Positions 35,822 through 49,276 of a DNA stretch of 64,000 bases are shown here, piece after piece (positions within the stretch are counted from its first letter, which is position 1; each line of letters begins with the position of its first letter). The stretch is from Marsupella aquatica (taxonomy: Eukaryota; Plantae; Marchantiophyta), in the NCBI GenBank assembly GCA_973895155.1, contig OZ316898.1, positions 16,537,420 through 16,601,419 on the forward strand. The letters are read 5' to 3'. The notes below the pieces were generated by a model, which was not told the origin of the DNA, ran no database searches, and was given only the letters and a program-made list of their open reading frames with translations. Both the position numbers and the translations under genes were made by a program.

Positions 35822-38800
35822 TTTGTATATACATCAACGAAAGGTTGACGATGAGAGGAGAAAAAGATTAAATTCTTTATGATTTATTTCAGATTAGGTG
35901 GTGGACGATTTAGGGTTAATTTAGGTTAGTCTTTTAGATACATTTAGGTTTTGATACATTATTTTCTCTTATCAAATAAAAATTACATGTATGAATTCTA
36001 TTTCAAACTTATATTATTTTGAGGTATCATATTATAATGAATTATCTTTTCCTTGTATTTATTAAATTTTCTCAAATTTAAATGCAACCCCAACTTATCA
36101 TGTTTTTGTACTATTGCAAGTCAAATTTGGGTCGAAGCATTTCAGGACCCGAGTTTTGAACCTGAGACCTCCCCCTCACGAGAGTGATCACTATACTAAT
36201 GAAACATTCATGTATTGGTGACAATAACTAATCAGTCACAAATTATAAAGAGTAGTTCAGCTTTTGTGACCAAACCTCTTTGGTCACGGGCATTTTTATT
36301 GATGATCACTATGAGAGAAATGAATATTTGGTTGATAGTTTTCTATTAAACCTAAGATTACGGCCATTGGAGTGCACACATCGATCCACAATTCTGAAAT
36401 GAAAGTTTACAAAATTTGTTCATCATGGGAGTCAACAGGACAAGCAAACTGGCGAGTAGCTCGTTGCAAGCGGGATGGCAAAAAAGAGGAACATGGTGCG
36501 AGCGGGATGCCAAAGAAAACTGAAACGAACGACTGTGCTCCCCGGGTTGGAGATGCTCTAATTGAAGACAACAGGCCTAACCAAGTGTAGCCAAAAGTGA
36601 ATACTTTCCAGTTAGGTGAAATGTGTCGGAGTTCCTCCACTAAAAATCTGAGTGGGCTGTGCTCTTGGATCAGTTGGTGCCGCATTAGGAGTTGGTGGGC
36701 CCACTGCTACTGGTCGCGCAGCAAGTTGCGGGCACCAAGGCATCAGTCTGACAGTGCCATAAAGGCACTTTGAGGGACTCGCGTCCCCGATTCGAGTCAC
36801 AGTGCTTGACGTCATGTGCAAGCATGCAGCGACGAAAAATAGAGCCTCACGTAAGTACGCGGCAGCTCCCTTCCGTAGCCTTCCTCGTCCTACAATTCCC
36901 CATTTGGCTCCCATCGAGCCATTTGCTATTATTTGTTGAGACCAAGGTCACGATCTACTCTCGTGTGCCCAGCCAACTCTTCATAATCATAACACTGTGA
37001 AGCACGCACAGTGATACGATACTGTAAAATAACCTATACTACGAAGTATGATCTGGTACTTAATACGTACTTTTGTCTCACGCACCTTATCACCCTATAT
37101 CTGCTTTCAATATTAACTGTGAGATCCTCCATCTGGGAACACGGTGGAATTGTTGAGATATGTTACGACCAGCCAGGCTCCTTTGCCCTCTCTGGACCTG
37201 CGGTCCTCCCGTAACGGCTTTCTCCTCCTCTCTTCCTAACTTAGGGTGCCGCCAGTTCCTTCCGCTCTCACCCCTTAGATTTAGGGGTCTCTTTAGCGTC
37301 GTTGATCCTTCCCTGTTTTGGCTCCCTTTCTGCGGCGCCTCCACTGTCGTTCCACTGCCTACTTAGCCTACTTAACCTGCGCTCGTTCCTCTCTTCAGTG
37401 TCTCAGTTAGCCATAGCAATAGCGGTGTCTCAGTTCAAGTTTCCTTCAGGAATGGACTGCGATTGTTCCAGATGACATAAATCAGATATACCGCCACAGA
37501 AAACTGAATGGTGCCTACTTGTTTTTATCTGTCACTGAGCTGCAAGCAAATTAGATTTACAAGATCATCGAAGGGACGACCAGAAAAGGTTTATCCACCC
37601 GTTATAGCCGAGATTCCTACAGCAATTTTTGCAGTGGACAGCCGTATTTCCAGGACTGGTGCGAATGCTTTTAGCCTCCCGTAAGCCATGCTTGCATCGT
37701 AAGTTTCGAAATCGTTCGTTTTAGGCATGGACAATAATCTGCGGCGAAATTCCATTGATGACCGAGTATGACTGAATCTCCAATTATCATTATATTTACA
37801 CTTGTGCTTTGCGAAAATTCCAAGACAACACGACTACCAGTGATCTAGCTTTCTGTCGGCTAGTTAAGGCTGACGTACGAGCTGCTGGATGTTGTCGTAT
37901 AGAGCGACTATAATAAATCGTAGAGCTGCAGTCCCAACACGAGACACAATAATAGGTCGGCAGTGAATTTACAGAGTTCGGGATCGATATGACCGAATAT
38001 GAAATTTTCGTCACTTTGTTCACAGCGAGACAATCGATCGGCAGTGCATGCATGTCCTTCGCGGCCGGGATACATGTTTCCTTTATTAGAACTATCAGAA
38101 TGGAATTGGCATACAGTTCATTGCTTCTTCGCAATGAAATGTATGCAAAATTCGCCTTGGAGCCTATGAATAAACTTGAATCAGACTTCCAGCCAGCGTA
38201 AAGTAAATGCTCTATATGAGCTCAGCGGAACAGCAACTTGCTTCCAAATATGCAATGGCGATATATAATCTCTAATAAATCTAAATTTACAAAACAATAA
38301 GGTAATGCAACTCGTAAAGTTCGGAGTACGTAATGCAGGGTGTGGTCATAATGTGGCCAACCTGGTACTAGCTGAGATTCACAATCAGAAAGATAGAAGC
38401 TCCTAAAGTAGGGTTCGAGCTGAGCTGAATAACAGCCAAGATATGCAAAGGTAGTTTCATCATCGCAACGTTGGAAGCTCTATAGCCGTTCCACGTACCT
38501 CGTTTCGATCTTGCGTCTCTGATAGATTGATCGCATCGACAGCCCAGGCCTTAATCAAGACCCGAAGCAATGTTCTAGCGAATCACTTATCTAGTGAGGT
38601 CGAGGCCAAAATGACTTGATTCACGGAAGATAGCGTACATGTTGAAAGATAAGTGGGTCACGATTTTAACGATTACAGATGTGAATGAGACCGTCTCAAA
38701 CCCAGTATCTCTTTGGCAAGGGGCCTGCCCATATGCATCGCAAGTCACGCAGAGTTGTACACATGTTGTTAACAGTAATTTGGTCATTCAGTGCCATTAT

Positions 38801-41448
38801 TTTGTAGTCCAGCTTCCTTAATTTTCCAACACTCTGTTTACGGTGGGCAAACTTGCGTCAGGTAGGTCTATTGCTCTCCAGCAATCCGTCCTTCCCTGCT
38901 TTCAATATCAGATGAGGCTAGCTAAGGGTACGTAAGGGCCTTTCCATGCATGAATGATATGTGTACAGTCTATATTCGGAATCTTGGCATGGGCATACAT
39001 TAGATTTGACGTTCCTAAAAGACTACCATATATGCATGCCTCGTTCAGGTTACATGCGCGCAACCATACCCCTGTCCTTCTTGCTTTGTCAACTTCTGTT
39101 CATAGTACCAGACATTCTCCGAACCTTTTGATTATTATGCATCTCAGATCGACTGTAATGTGTGCCTCGGGCATGTGGTCGTACCTCGTTTTCATGCACC
39201 ATATCTACTGGGTAATTCTTAATTGTGTTAATAATGTTGTCAGTCCCGCTTAGCTGTGGTGACAATCTCGTCCCGCTAAGCTGGAAACGACTACAGCACA
39301 TGTACTAGCTACTGTAGCTGGAAGATAGATTGCTGAACCTTGTCAAACTAGTGAGCTCCTGTATTCCAAAAATGCTTGCAAGGTTTGTGCCTATCGGAAT
39401 CTGGTGGTCTGCAATTCTACGGGTACAGTAAATCTAAGCATATTCGTTGCATGTCAGCTGATCGGTAATGGACGTCAAACTGAGGTCTGTGGTGGTCGAC
39501 TCGGTCAAAAGGTACCCATTCTAGCTGCACTAACTTTCAGCCCTGGACCTTCTGCCGAGACCCGAGACTTTGATCCACCATGCAGCTCCTTTTAAAGATG
39601 CGGTAACTTACAGTAGGAACAGTAACTACAACTGAATTTCTGCAACTGTAGTACGTCGTTACCCTGGTGTGCCTTCCTTCTTCTTGTCCTTCAGCACCGA
39701 AGACATCAAAATTTACGTGCCGTTTTCCTTTTTGCAGTATATTTTCCTATTAGAATCCCTATCGAGACAGAAAACAGAGAGGGGCAGCTTCTTCAATCTT
39801 TCGACTTTCGCAGAATGGAAACGATCGCCTTTTGCGAAATTTACGAAAGTTACTTCTTTTGCCCTGTTTCTTAATTAAGCTTATGTGTTTTGACAAACAA
39901 ATCAATTATTTTCATAAAATATTCCTGCAAGAATACATGGTTTTCAAGGTCCGTGGCTGAAATAAATCACGATAATTATGACCTACCCTATCGAATGCGC
40001 ATATCTCAGAGATAATATGTTACATGTGCAGTATATATTTAAAAGTACAGCCCTACATTTGCAGATGAATCTAACTTCATACAGGTATTAAGAAGTTTTT
40101 TGTGGATCCCTTCGAAGACACGAACGAGAATCAACGACGCACCGAGCCTGAGTCCATGTTGTGCAGGTAGGCCCAACGTTGAGTCGAATAACGCCGCTCT
40201 TTGAGTCGTAAGCAGATACCTGCCCTAAATGAATCGGTAGTTTAGCTTACCGGCCTCAAAGGCTCAGACAAACCTATCTAGTAGAGATCTCGGCAGAGAT
40301 TTACACATTTAGACCCCGCCCTGAGAGTTCTCTAGATATTAAGCCGTTCATGCACGCCTCACGGCATCTTAATTATGTAAAATCGTCGTTGTTGCCGCCA
40401 ATCTACAGAGCGACTGCCGCGCCTCTAGCTAGCTGTAGCTAGCGAATTTTGAACATCGATCTTTCGTCCCAGACACTCTCATCAGACCCCAAAACTGCAA
40501 CTGAAGACGCACAGCAGCCAGGGACAGGACTCAAAGGTTTGTGTATCGCAATCATCATGGATACATAAGCGTCCACCACCCCTGATAATTATATCGTTGT
40601 TTGCCTAGATACAATATGGTATTACAAAACGTGAAGCTTCCGCCGTCCTTTTCTCTTGAAGACTTTGCCTGAAAATAAAGTCAAGACGGACTTAGGGGTT
40701 TGCTCTGAACATAGATTTCAGAATGCATTTCAAAAGCTCAGATGGACTGGCATAGAACGTCTACAAAGACTCACCTAACAACTTTTACAATTTTGACCAC
40801 AATGTGAGTTGTGCCCATGGGCTCCTTCCTATTTGCAGCCGGTTGCAATCAGTTTACCTGGTGGTAAGCCACTACTCATACCCAAACTACTTTTGCAAAA
40901 GTTAGGCATATATAGTTCACAAACTCAATAATTTGTCCTTGTGCACACACTACTCTGGACTTTCTTAACATATAAAAGTGGAGTGTCTATTGGAACTTGA
41001 TTTATTATTTGACAGTTTTGCTCTTGTCTGAAATTAATGCCTAAAGATGATCTTACGAAAATCTCAAATTTTGCAAGGTAATACACTGAGTTACATGGTA
41101 GAACATTCTAACAACATTTGAGAGATTGAGAACTTGCTAACAACATTTGAGAGATTGAATGGTGTAATAAAGTTCTCATGTGTTCCCGAGGACGTAACCT
41201 CAAGTTGAGGTGAACCACATATCTCTCTATATTAACTACGTGTGCATTGCATTGTTAAATAATGGACTTGCCATTGTCAGTGTTGTTTATGTTCAACAAT
41301 TGGTACATCAGAGCATGTTTGGGAGGTGACAAGGTTTTTCCAGCGTTCAATGTCAATGTATTTTCAGGAGTTTTGTTGCTTGAACTCGGTCAAAGGTCAT
41401 GGGCTCAACGGGATAGATCAGTGCGAGGGCTTCCTATCGGTGCGTAGA

Positions 41449-41742
41449 CTCGGGGGTCTCACTATATGGGGACCTCCCCATAGCCTGCGATGTTTTTAGG
41501 CCTCGACCCCCTAAAATGTAAGAATTTTTTTATTTTTGAACCCCTATAAAGTTGGAATATTCTTGGAATATTCTAAAAATTGGATTAAAAAGACCCTAAT
41601 ATTCTTGTAAGTCTCAAAATTGAATTTAAAAGATCCTATTGTTCTTCTACAAAAATTCTTAAGTCTTTCCTTAGAACCAATAAAATGACTCTATCATTTG
41701 TCGCACATGATATGCTATTTTTGTGGAAGTGAAACCCATGAG
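41449..41742. mobile_element. MITE family A copy at the deletion junction of the copia relative (no TSD)
   Basis: Near-identical to 20532-20823; flanks TGCGTAGA / AGTGTATT do not match. Confidence 0.85.
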
Positions 41743-42315
41743 AGTGTATTGCTCACTCTACTACACAAGTCGAGTATATTGTAGCAGTGGAAGCAGCGAA
41801 GGAAACTAGTTATTTGGTTGGATAGACTTATCTCTGAGATGGGATTGCCACAAGAGAATGTGAAGCTCCATTGTGATAGTCAGAGTGCTCATCACCTTGC
41901 TATGAACCAAGTGATGGACAGTAGAGTGAAGCACATTGACGTCAGGTACCATTTTTTCAGGCAGGGTGTGTCTGATAATCAGTTTGAGCTAGCTAGTCAA
42001 GATTGACAGTAAACTCAACTCGGCTAATGTTTTTACCAAAGTGATTCATTTGGAGAGTTTCTCAAGACACCGTGCTACTTTGCAGGTTTTTCAATTGAAG
42101 CACAAGTAGAGCTACTTAGCAATTTTGTGACTTATTGTATAAGGATTTATCGATCCTGTTAGGCTACGACTTAATTCTAGTTAACCCATGGTGGTTTTTA
42201 GGGGGTGACCTATTTAGGTGATTGTCTAGAATTTCCCGCGGAGGATACCATATGGTAACAATTAGTCCAATCCCCAAGACTAGAGTCAAGCCCGGGGAGT
42301 TTGTTGAGTATTGCT

Positions 42316-43405
42316 CCCTGGGCCCTCAGCTTTACTAATACAGGGAGTACGTGCAAAAAATGCAAGGGTATTTTTAATGTAATGCAAACTAATATTTATA
42401 ATAGTTTTTAAAGTAGGCAACATCCCTCTATATACATTCGACACAATATTAGTAATAAGGCTCTTATCAAATACATGTCACATTAATCTTATGCAAGGGT
42501 ACCCAAAATGCCAAGTACACGCGTCACTATATGGTTGGCACACTGTATGTCATCACTTCATTGGCACACTGTCCATATAGTAAATCAAACATTTAATTAT
42601 TTGTCCCTTTAAGGCAAGTTTGGTTTTGTGGGCCCCCTTATGGTGGGACAAATGGGTTTGCCTGGTAAACACGTTTGCCGCATGTTTAGGAGTTAATTTG
42701 GAAGTTGAGTAACTAATGGGCCAGGATCTATGGGACCAACTTGGTTGGGGTTTCGGGATTGGTGGGGACCCATGGATCAATCCCACATAGATGGACAAGA
42801 TTACTTTTGAATTCCCTTGCATCAAATGGCCAGGTATGAGGCCAGGTGTGTTTGTGTGTGGGGGGTGTATTGCCTTGATCATTGGGGTGAAGGGGTACCA
42901 AGTGCTCAAACAATGTTTGTTATAGTTGGTTCACAATGTGGAGTATTATTCCTGGATTATACATATAGTACTCATGAATTATACATATAGTACTCATGAA
43001 ACTAGAAGTTCAGAGACACTTTTGCAAACACTAAGAGGAGAGTGCAAGCTTGTCTGTATACTATAGAAAGCTAGAACTATAATTCTTTGGTACTAATTTT
43101 GTTTATGATCTATATAAAATATGTACCCTAAACATGTACACCTAACATACAGGTCCCCTATACAAAATAAAGTCTTATCTATTTCAGTATTATATTTGCA
43201 ATTTTGAAAATTCAAGGGTGTTTTCAATTCCTTGAAAAACTCTGTTTTAATTTACAAAAGGATGAAATTTAATGGGAAAAGTTAATATTTTAACATTAAC
43301 AAGAGATTTGTTTTTGTGAGCAAAAATATTATTTAAGAAGGGGTACACGAAGTGTTTCTTTTCTCAGGGGGGTTCACTTAATATGGTAAGAGTGAGGGCC
43401 CAGGG
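42316..43405. mobile_element. TIR element family C, 1090 bp, inserted in the copia 3' LTR
   Basis: TIRs CCCTGGGCCCTCA / TGAGGGCCCAGGG; 8-bp TSD GTATTGCT (42308-42315, 43406-43413). Confidence 0.88.
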
Positions 43406-46400
43406 GTATTGCTCTTAGTCAAGTTGTGATTCTAGGGCTAACTGCAGTTAGGCTAACTTAGGTTAGGACTTAACTAAGGTTAGCAGTGATGCATGCTGTA
43501 TATAATCGGGGCTAACACTAGTACATTTTGGGGCCTAGTCTGATTCTCACCTTCCTATGATGCCAAGGTTTCCGATTCTATTCTAATTTGATCTACGATC
43601 CAACCATCCACGCCAACGCGTATCGGACCTTGCCATTAAACTAGAATCGGACTATCACCATTCCAACCCAATCACAAACGAGACGTCACTACAATGTAGG
43701 AAAAGTTGGATTGTTTGTCCAAGCCAGAAACAATTGGACAGCTTGGTCCAATTCTTCTTCAATGCTAGATGAATTGGAACCCCTTTCCAAAGAAAAAAGT
43801 AAGCACATTTTCCGATCAAATTAGAATTGGAAGTTGCCATTCAATACAAATTGGAAATTTTTTATGCGCATGGAATTGGATATTCCAAGTTTTTCAGGAT
43901 TGGACAATTGTTTCCAAGTGGCAGGCAATGGGATTCATATTTGCAATACAAATACAATGAGATCTTGGTCCAATTGTTGGTGCAATGGACTTTGTGGTCC
44001 AACTCTTTGGGAATTGGAAGTGTGTCTACGATTCATTTAGAATTGGAACCTTTGGCAAGGCCAGGGTCATCCCTCGTCTGCTCATGGAAAGTATTGACCG
44101 GCCTTGAATCATGTGTAGCATAGCCTTTGTAGTCTGTGTTCCTAGGATGAGAAATCTTATGCCAATGGCCACTAGAAGAAACCGAGCTATTCTGAGACCT
44201 TGCCTTACATGACTTGTGTGAGACCTTCAGAAATAAGTGACTCCAAGGTTTAGGGTGTCATGTTCGTCACACCTTGTTGACTGATTTTTGGTGAAGTTTA
44301 GGGGAGTCATGTTTTCAACTATTTGGAAAGTTGCAAGTACAACTCAATTGAGGCAATTACGTTGAAGTTCAACAAGTGACTCTACAATATAGCATTATGG
44401 TTTAGATCGAGCACAATATTTGAACCTACCAACCTAAACCCTGAGCTATGGGATCCGACCCAATACATATGATTGAGAGATATACCTATATAATTAGATT
44501 ACTCTATTTAAACATGGTTAATAAGTCATGCATTTTAACCATTAGTGAGTTTTCCATGATTATTCCAGGCCAAGAAAATTGCTCATAAGCACCCATTAAT
44601 TTAGACACCATGCCATCATGCCCGCATTCGACCGCAAAAAGGCTTCACTATTGGCCGTGGTTACATCCAATTTCAGCCTCACATATGCAAGGGCAGGTTT
44701 ATTTTACTTATTGCCATGCCCTACAAATTAACCAACATGTACCCCCCTCCACACATCGTTCCATGAACCGGGAATAGTCACAATTTACCTTCATATACTC
44801 CCCTCCATGCATGTTACATACCCAATAACGGCACCCCACACACTATGCTGATGGAATGAGCATAAGAACTTGTGACAGCTCGTGTCAGTGACAGTGCTTA
44901 CCTTAATCAAGCAAGGATCTGATGGTTGTAAACTTAATGAAAGTATGATCTGACGGTTGAAAACAAATATGCGCACATTAAAGCAGCTTTAGGGTTTAAT
45001 GTGTTCCTTCACGGCATTGCCATTCTGCCTTGGATTCCTTTGGTTTTGCGGACGAGGAGCCGATGCTGCATTCTTTGCAAGGGAAAAGAGGGGGCACCTT
45101 TGTCACTAAGGCAAAAGCTACATCGACAAATTGCAATCCCGACTGCAAAGTGAGTAGTAGGACGCGAGAAGAGCGAGTTTAGGGTGCTGCATCGACGAAA
45201 CAGAATGTATTGGAAGGGGACAAGAGCGATTCTGTGATGCATCGACAATAGGCACTACGGAAGGCACTGTGAAGAGTTTGCACTGCGGGAGGCACTCATT
45301 CCGACAGAAACTGCCCACCAAATGTGCTTGCTTGGGCTGAGGTTTAAGCTGCACCAGTAGGAAGAGAATCAGCAAAGCGACGAGGCTTTGGTGTGTCGCC
45401 AAGAACAACATTCGGAGTAGAGCAGAGCAGGGCAGGATTTGCGACATTTGTTGAGTTCTCATTTCGTTGCAGCCGCTATTTGTTGTTGTTGAAGATGGCC
45501 GCGGTTTCACCTACAATTTGCGGTGCTACTCTCACATCGAAGCAGACAGATTCCACCTAGGGAGTGGCCATCGCGAGCACTCTCTAAGAGGTCGAGGACT
45601 ATCTGGTGCCGTTCCCCCCTTTTTTCCATTTCAGCTGGGTTTTCGGTGTTCGTATCTCCCGTAGTAGAAGTGGTCATTGAAGAGAAGCTTTTATGAATTA
45701 CAAAAGTCACTGAGGCATCGGCCTTTTAGTTGCGGTCACTGATGAGCTGTTTGAGTTGCAATGTCTAAAAATGATAGTGGCCCTGACTCCTGCTTATTGA
45801 CTCCTGCAAGTTATTTAAGCTGAACTGATCTCAACGATAGAGATCAAGCGTGCTTACTTGAGCTGAACTGTCGTTGAACAGCGACGGTGCGCTGCTAGCA
45901 AGAGCTTGGGTTGCGACTTGCAACCAGGAGCCAAGACAAGCTGCTGCTTTACAACTGGACCGAGAGCTGGTCCTGCACCCTAGGAGGGAGCTACGATCAT
46001 GCGAAGCTGAGTCAATGCATGCATGAGGTAATCACGTGTTGCACCCACATTCTTGCTCCAATCATGTGTCTATTCACTAAAGTCTTCAGAATAAAGTCGG
46101 GGCTTATACTAGTGCCACATATGATTGTACCGTAACCCCTCTCTCACTCTCACAACATGTCACGGCAGAAGTGGGCTTTCACAAAATTTGCAAGAATTGA
46201 CTATATTAAGTGGAAGGAAGAGACCCTTTGTCCATGCTGCAGTTGCATCCGCGTAGACTCTAACTGTGTCGGGATTGGATCCATAATTCATTTGGCTATC
46301 TAGGTTGTGCATCCATAGGTTGTATATGTAATTCTCTGGCTATCTAGTTGTGCATCGATAGGTTGTATATGTATTTGTCTTTGTAACTCAACATTGTGAC

Positions 46401-48286
46401 TGTAATCTTTGATTGTCCACTAGACCTGGGAGTGATAATGCGGACTTGTGTTTGCAGCGAATTGCCACCTTTTTTCCTTTCATCGAGTGAAGGCAGGTCT
46501 GACTTGGAGTTTTCAAGGTGGAGCTGGCAGGAGTACTAGAGGCAAGACAATCCAAGTTGAGTGACTCCAGGCCCTGCTAAGTTGAACTAAACTCAAAAAT
46601 ATGTCTACGGCTGAATACGTACGTCTGCGCTACAAGCTTGGCATGTTGCAACTTGGCACTACACAGTGAGGATTCATTGTGAATTGGGAGTTCTTTCATT
46701 ACAACTTGAGGTTAGTCTGCATTGCCAATTCCACGTAGCCACAATGTAGAGTTTGATTTGCGGTCACTGAGAGCTGAAACTTGCTGACAGCTGCGGTCAT
46801 TGCGACCTTCTGAGAACAGGTGTTGTGCCATCAATGACGACTGCTCTTTGCTGGATTTGGTGAGGCGAGAGGTTCAGAATGTGCTATGGACAAGGGGCTG
46901 AGTGACTTTTGTCCAGCTGCGCTGAGCTGACTCGGTATGCTAAAGGTTTGATACGTCCAGAAGAGGTCAGTATGATCCCTAACCAATGTGAATTGAATAT
47001 ACGGAATGGGATATTTCCTCTAACTTTCAATGTTGCATTGTATGACAACCACCATGGGCCATTCTGAAGTATTCAGTGTCTGAGTAATTCCTGGCTTCTA
47101 GCTGTGATGTCCGCATGAGCTAGCCCAAGTGAGGTCCAACTTGGAGCCTTATTAACATTGTTGTTGTGGGGCCGATACAGGAGGTTCCGTCTAGGACTTG
47201 CTGTACTGAAGCGAGCTCCTGCTCTGAGGTGCAACGTGAAGCTGAGCAATTTACATCTAGCTCAGCTCATGTATTGAAGTGAGCTCCTGCTTGGAGGTTC
47301 AGAGACAAGGTTTTGTGGAGGTAGGTGACTTCTGTCCAGCTGCGCTCAACTGAGTGAGTATCCTGAACCTGGAATCCTGAGTGAAGATAGGCCAGCAATG
47401 TTGCTAACTTCGTTTTTGCATACTATTATGGTTCCCAAAGAGGTCTGCTAATGAATGACACATTTGAATTGGCTACAACAAGGAATACAAGAAGCCATTG
47501 CCTTGACATAATAGGTCGGCTCCGATGGAATCTGTCTTTACAACTTGTGTTTGTTCTAATTGTTTATATCTCAAGAGGGTCGTCAATGAAGCTGACAGTC
47601 AGAGAGTCAAAGGTAACTACAAGCTAGCAAATAGGTCGAATGCTCCCAAGTTGAGTCAGACAAAAGTTACTAAAACTAGGCCTCTCTCAAATCTGGAAAG
47701 TGAAATTCAGCCTGGGACACGCAACTGAAGGCCACAAGGATAACTATTTGGCCAGGCTGTCCCTCATTGAAGTCCAAAGTCCTCTTCAGATTGTCTGAAC
47801 TCCTGAACTGGATGAAGTCCTGTCTGAATCTGAAGTTCAGATTGTCAATCTCAAATGGCAAGTTCTGAACTCATGTCTGTTGAGCCTAATTATTTGTTTA
47901 TTGTTGTAGTAACATGCATGGCCAATTGGTTTGAATTGAAATGGTGGTTTGAATTTTGTTAAGTGTTTTGAAATTTGCATTCACACTATCTAACTAATTT
48001 TCTTGTGTGATGCAGATATCTTTGCTATTGACAATCTTGAAAAATCATTTGATCACAGAAGTTTTTAGAACAAACACGGCAGAATTCAAGCTGAGGATTG
48101 GACATTGAGGCTCAAGACATTGAGGTAATAAACTGGTTGTGGTCCAGGTGACAATGTTATCAAATGATGCTTCTTCAGGGGAACTGCCCATGATGTGTAG
48201 TTTGTTTTGCCATTTGAAGGGGGTCGTTCACTATATGCAATAGTAATAACTTTGTACATTTGTCTGTTTAATGTTCAGTCTTGGTA

Positions 48287-48962
48287 ATGGCTAGGGAGAA
48301 GAGGAAAGCCGTAAAAAATGCCACTGAAACAAAAAAGCGGAAACATAATGAGGCAATTGAGCCACATAGCTTGAAGATTGAACACTGGTCAGACATTGAG
48401 AAGCGTCAGTGTAGTCCCCAGCTATGTGCGATATGTGATTTCCATGGAGATCTGGCCGTGTGTGATGGGTCTTGCCATTGTCATTTTCACTATGTCTGCA
48501 GAATTGGTGACACTGTAGGCAGGTGGTCCTGCAGTGGTTATTGCACCAGGCAAGGATGGTGAACCCTGGTTTTGTGTAGATTGCAAGAATAAGATACACA
48601 AGTGTTTCAAGTGTGGCGTGGTCTCTCCAGCGGTCAGACAGTGCCCTCAGCCATATTGTGTTTGTTTTTATTGTCATGAGTGCTTGCCGCTTGATGTGGA
48701 GTCTTGCCCCATGCATGCATGTACAGCATGCAAGCAAGATCACAAAGACCCTCATATGGCAAAGGCAATTCAATGCTTGAGATGTCCCACCACCTGGCAT
48801 GAGGGTTGCTTAAGAGAGAGTCAACGTCATGGTTTTGCACCAGACAGAGAACCCTAGCTGCACACTGCGCACGGGCAGCAGCGGTGGATGATTTACTGCC
48901 CGAGGCATCCCATTGACCCTGTACTTGGCACACCTGCCCATGATCATATCTCCTGGCTTTGA
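48287..48962 (+). pseudogene. EDM2/NSD-like composite PHD zinc-finger protein (~225 aa) inside the CACTA; one frameshift (~48500-48535) and one TAG (48855-48857)
   Basis: Reconstructed: CAICDFHGDLAVCDGSCHCHFH..WFCVDCKNKIHKCFKC..RQC...C..FY..EC...CPMHACTAC..IQCLRCPTTWHEGCL..P*L..IYCPRHPIDPVLGTPAHDHISWL*. This follows the EDM2 PHD cluster motif order (CAICDNGG..C.GSC..FH..FC..C..KIHQCF.C..CPLH.C..C..CRRCP..YH..CL..IYC..H.ID..L.TP..DH). Confidence 0.82.
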
Positions 48963-49276
48963 TGTGGTGGAGTTTATATTTACCATGCGTTCACTTTAGG
49001 GGTTAGCCAAGTTTTGTCTTAGGCAGGATACCTGCACATTTTAAACTAGTCAGGACTCCAAACTTGCCTATTGTATTATGGTTATTCCCACTGTGTACAC
49101 GAGTATCATGCATGTTTATGGATGTCATGGTGAATGTGAATGTGGCGATACCCAAGTTTATTCTGTTGCTGTGCCAATCCTTGTATAAATTGCATATTTA
49201 GGCATTCTCATGGATCTGCAGGTGATATCAGGGGTGTCCACTTTTTCCTTCACACTGTCAAAAGGCTGCACTGCAC

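Larger units (their letters stand above)
32487..36558. mobile_element. PIF/Harbinger (Tourist-type) non-autonomous element, ~4.07 kb
   Basis: Perfect 15-bp TIRs GAGCATCTCCAACCC / GGGTTGGAGATGCTC; flanks CAA / TAA (TAA TSD with one mismatch); no transposase ORF inside. Confidence 0.7.
41170..43540 (+). mobile_element. Internally deleted, older relative of the young copia family
   Basis: LTR 3' part ending CAACA at 41298; mutated PBS TGGTACATCAGAGC; RNase H 41743-42109 closely similar to 27353-27711; PPT near 42290; 3' LTR starting TGTTGAG at 42302, interrupted by a TIR element. Confidence 0.85.

Noticed and set aside
36145-36200. tRNA gene on the minus strand
   Set aside because: Only a degenerate B-box-like motif is present and no cloverleaf forms; at most a SINE trace.
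36600-41000. Unique-looking, moderately GC-rich region as a gene or lncRNA
   Set aside because: No coherent ORF, splice chain or RNA motif could be identified by eye.
45009-47861. Short ORFs in the CACTA left arm as additional cargo genes
   Set aside because: No domain is recognisable in the frames examined. They may be leader exons or decayed cargo, but cannot be supported.
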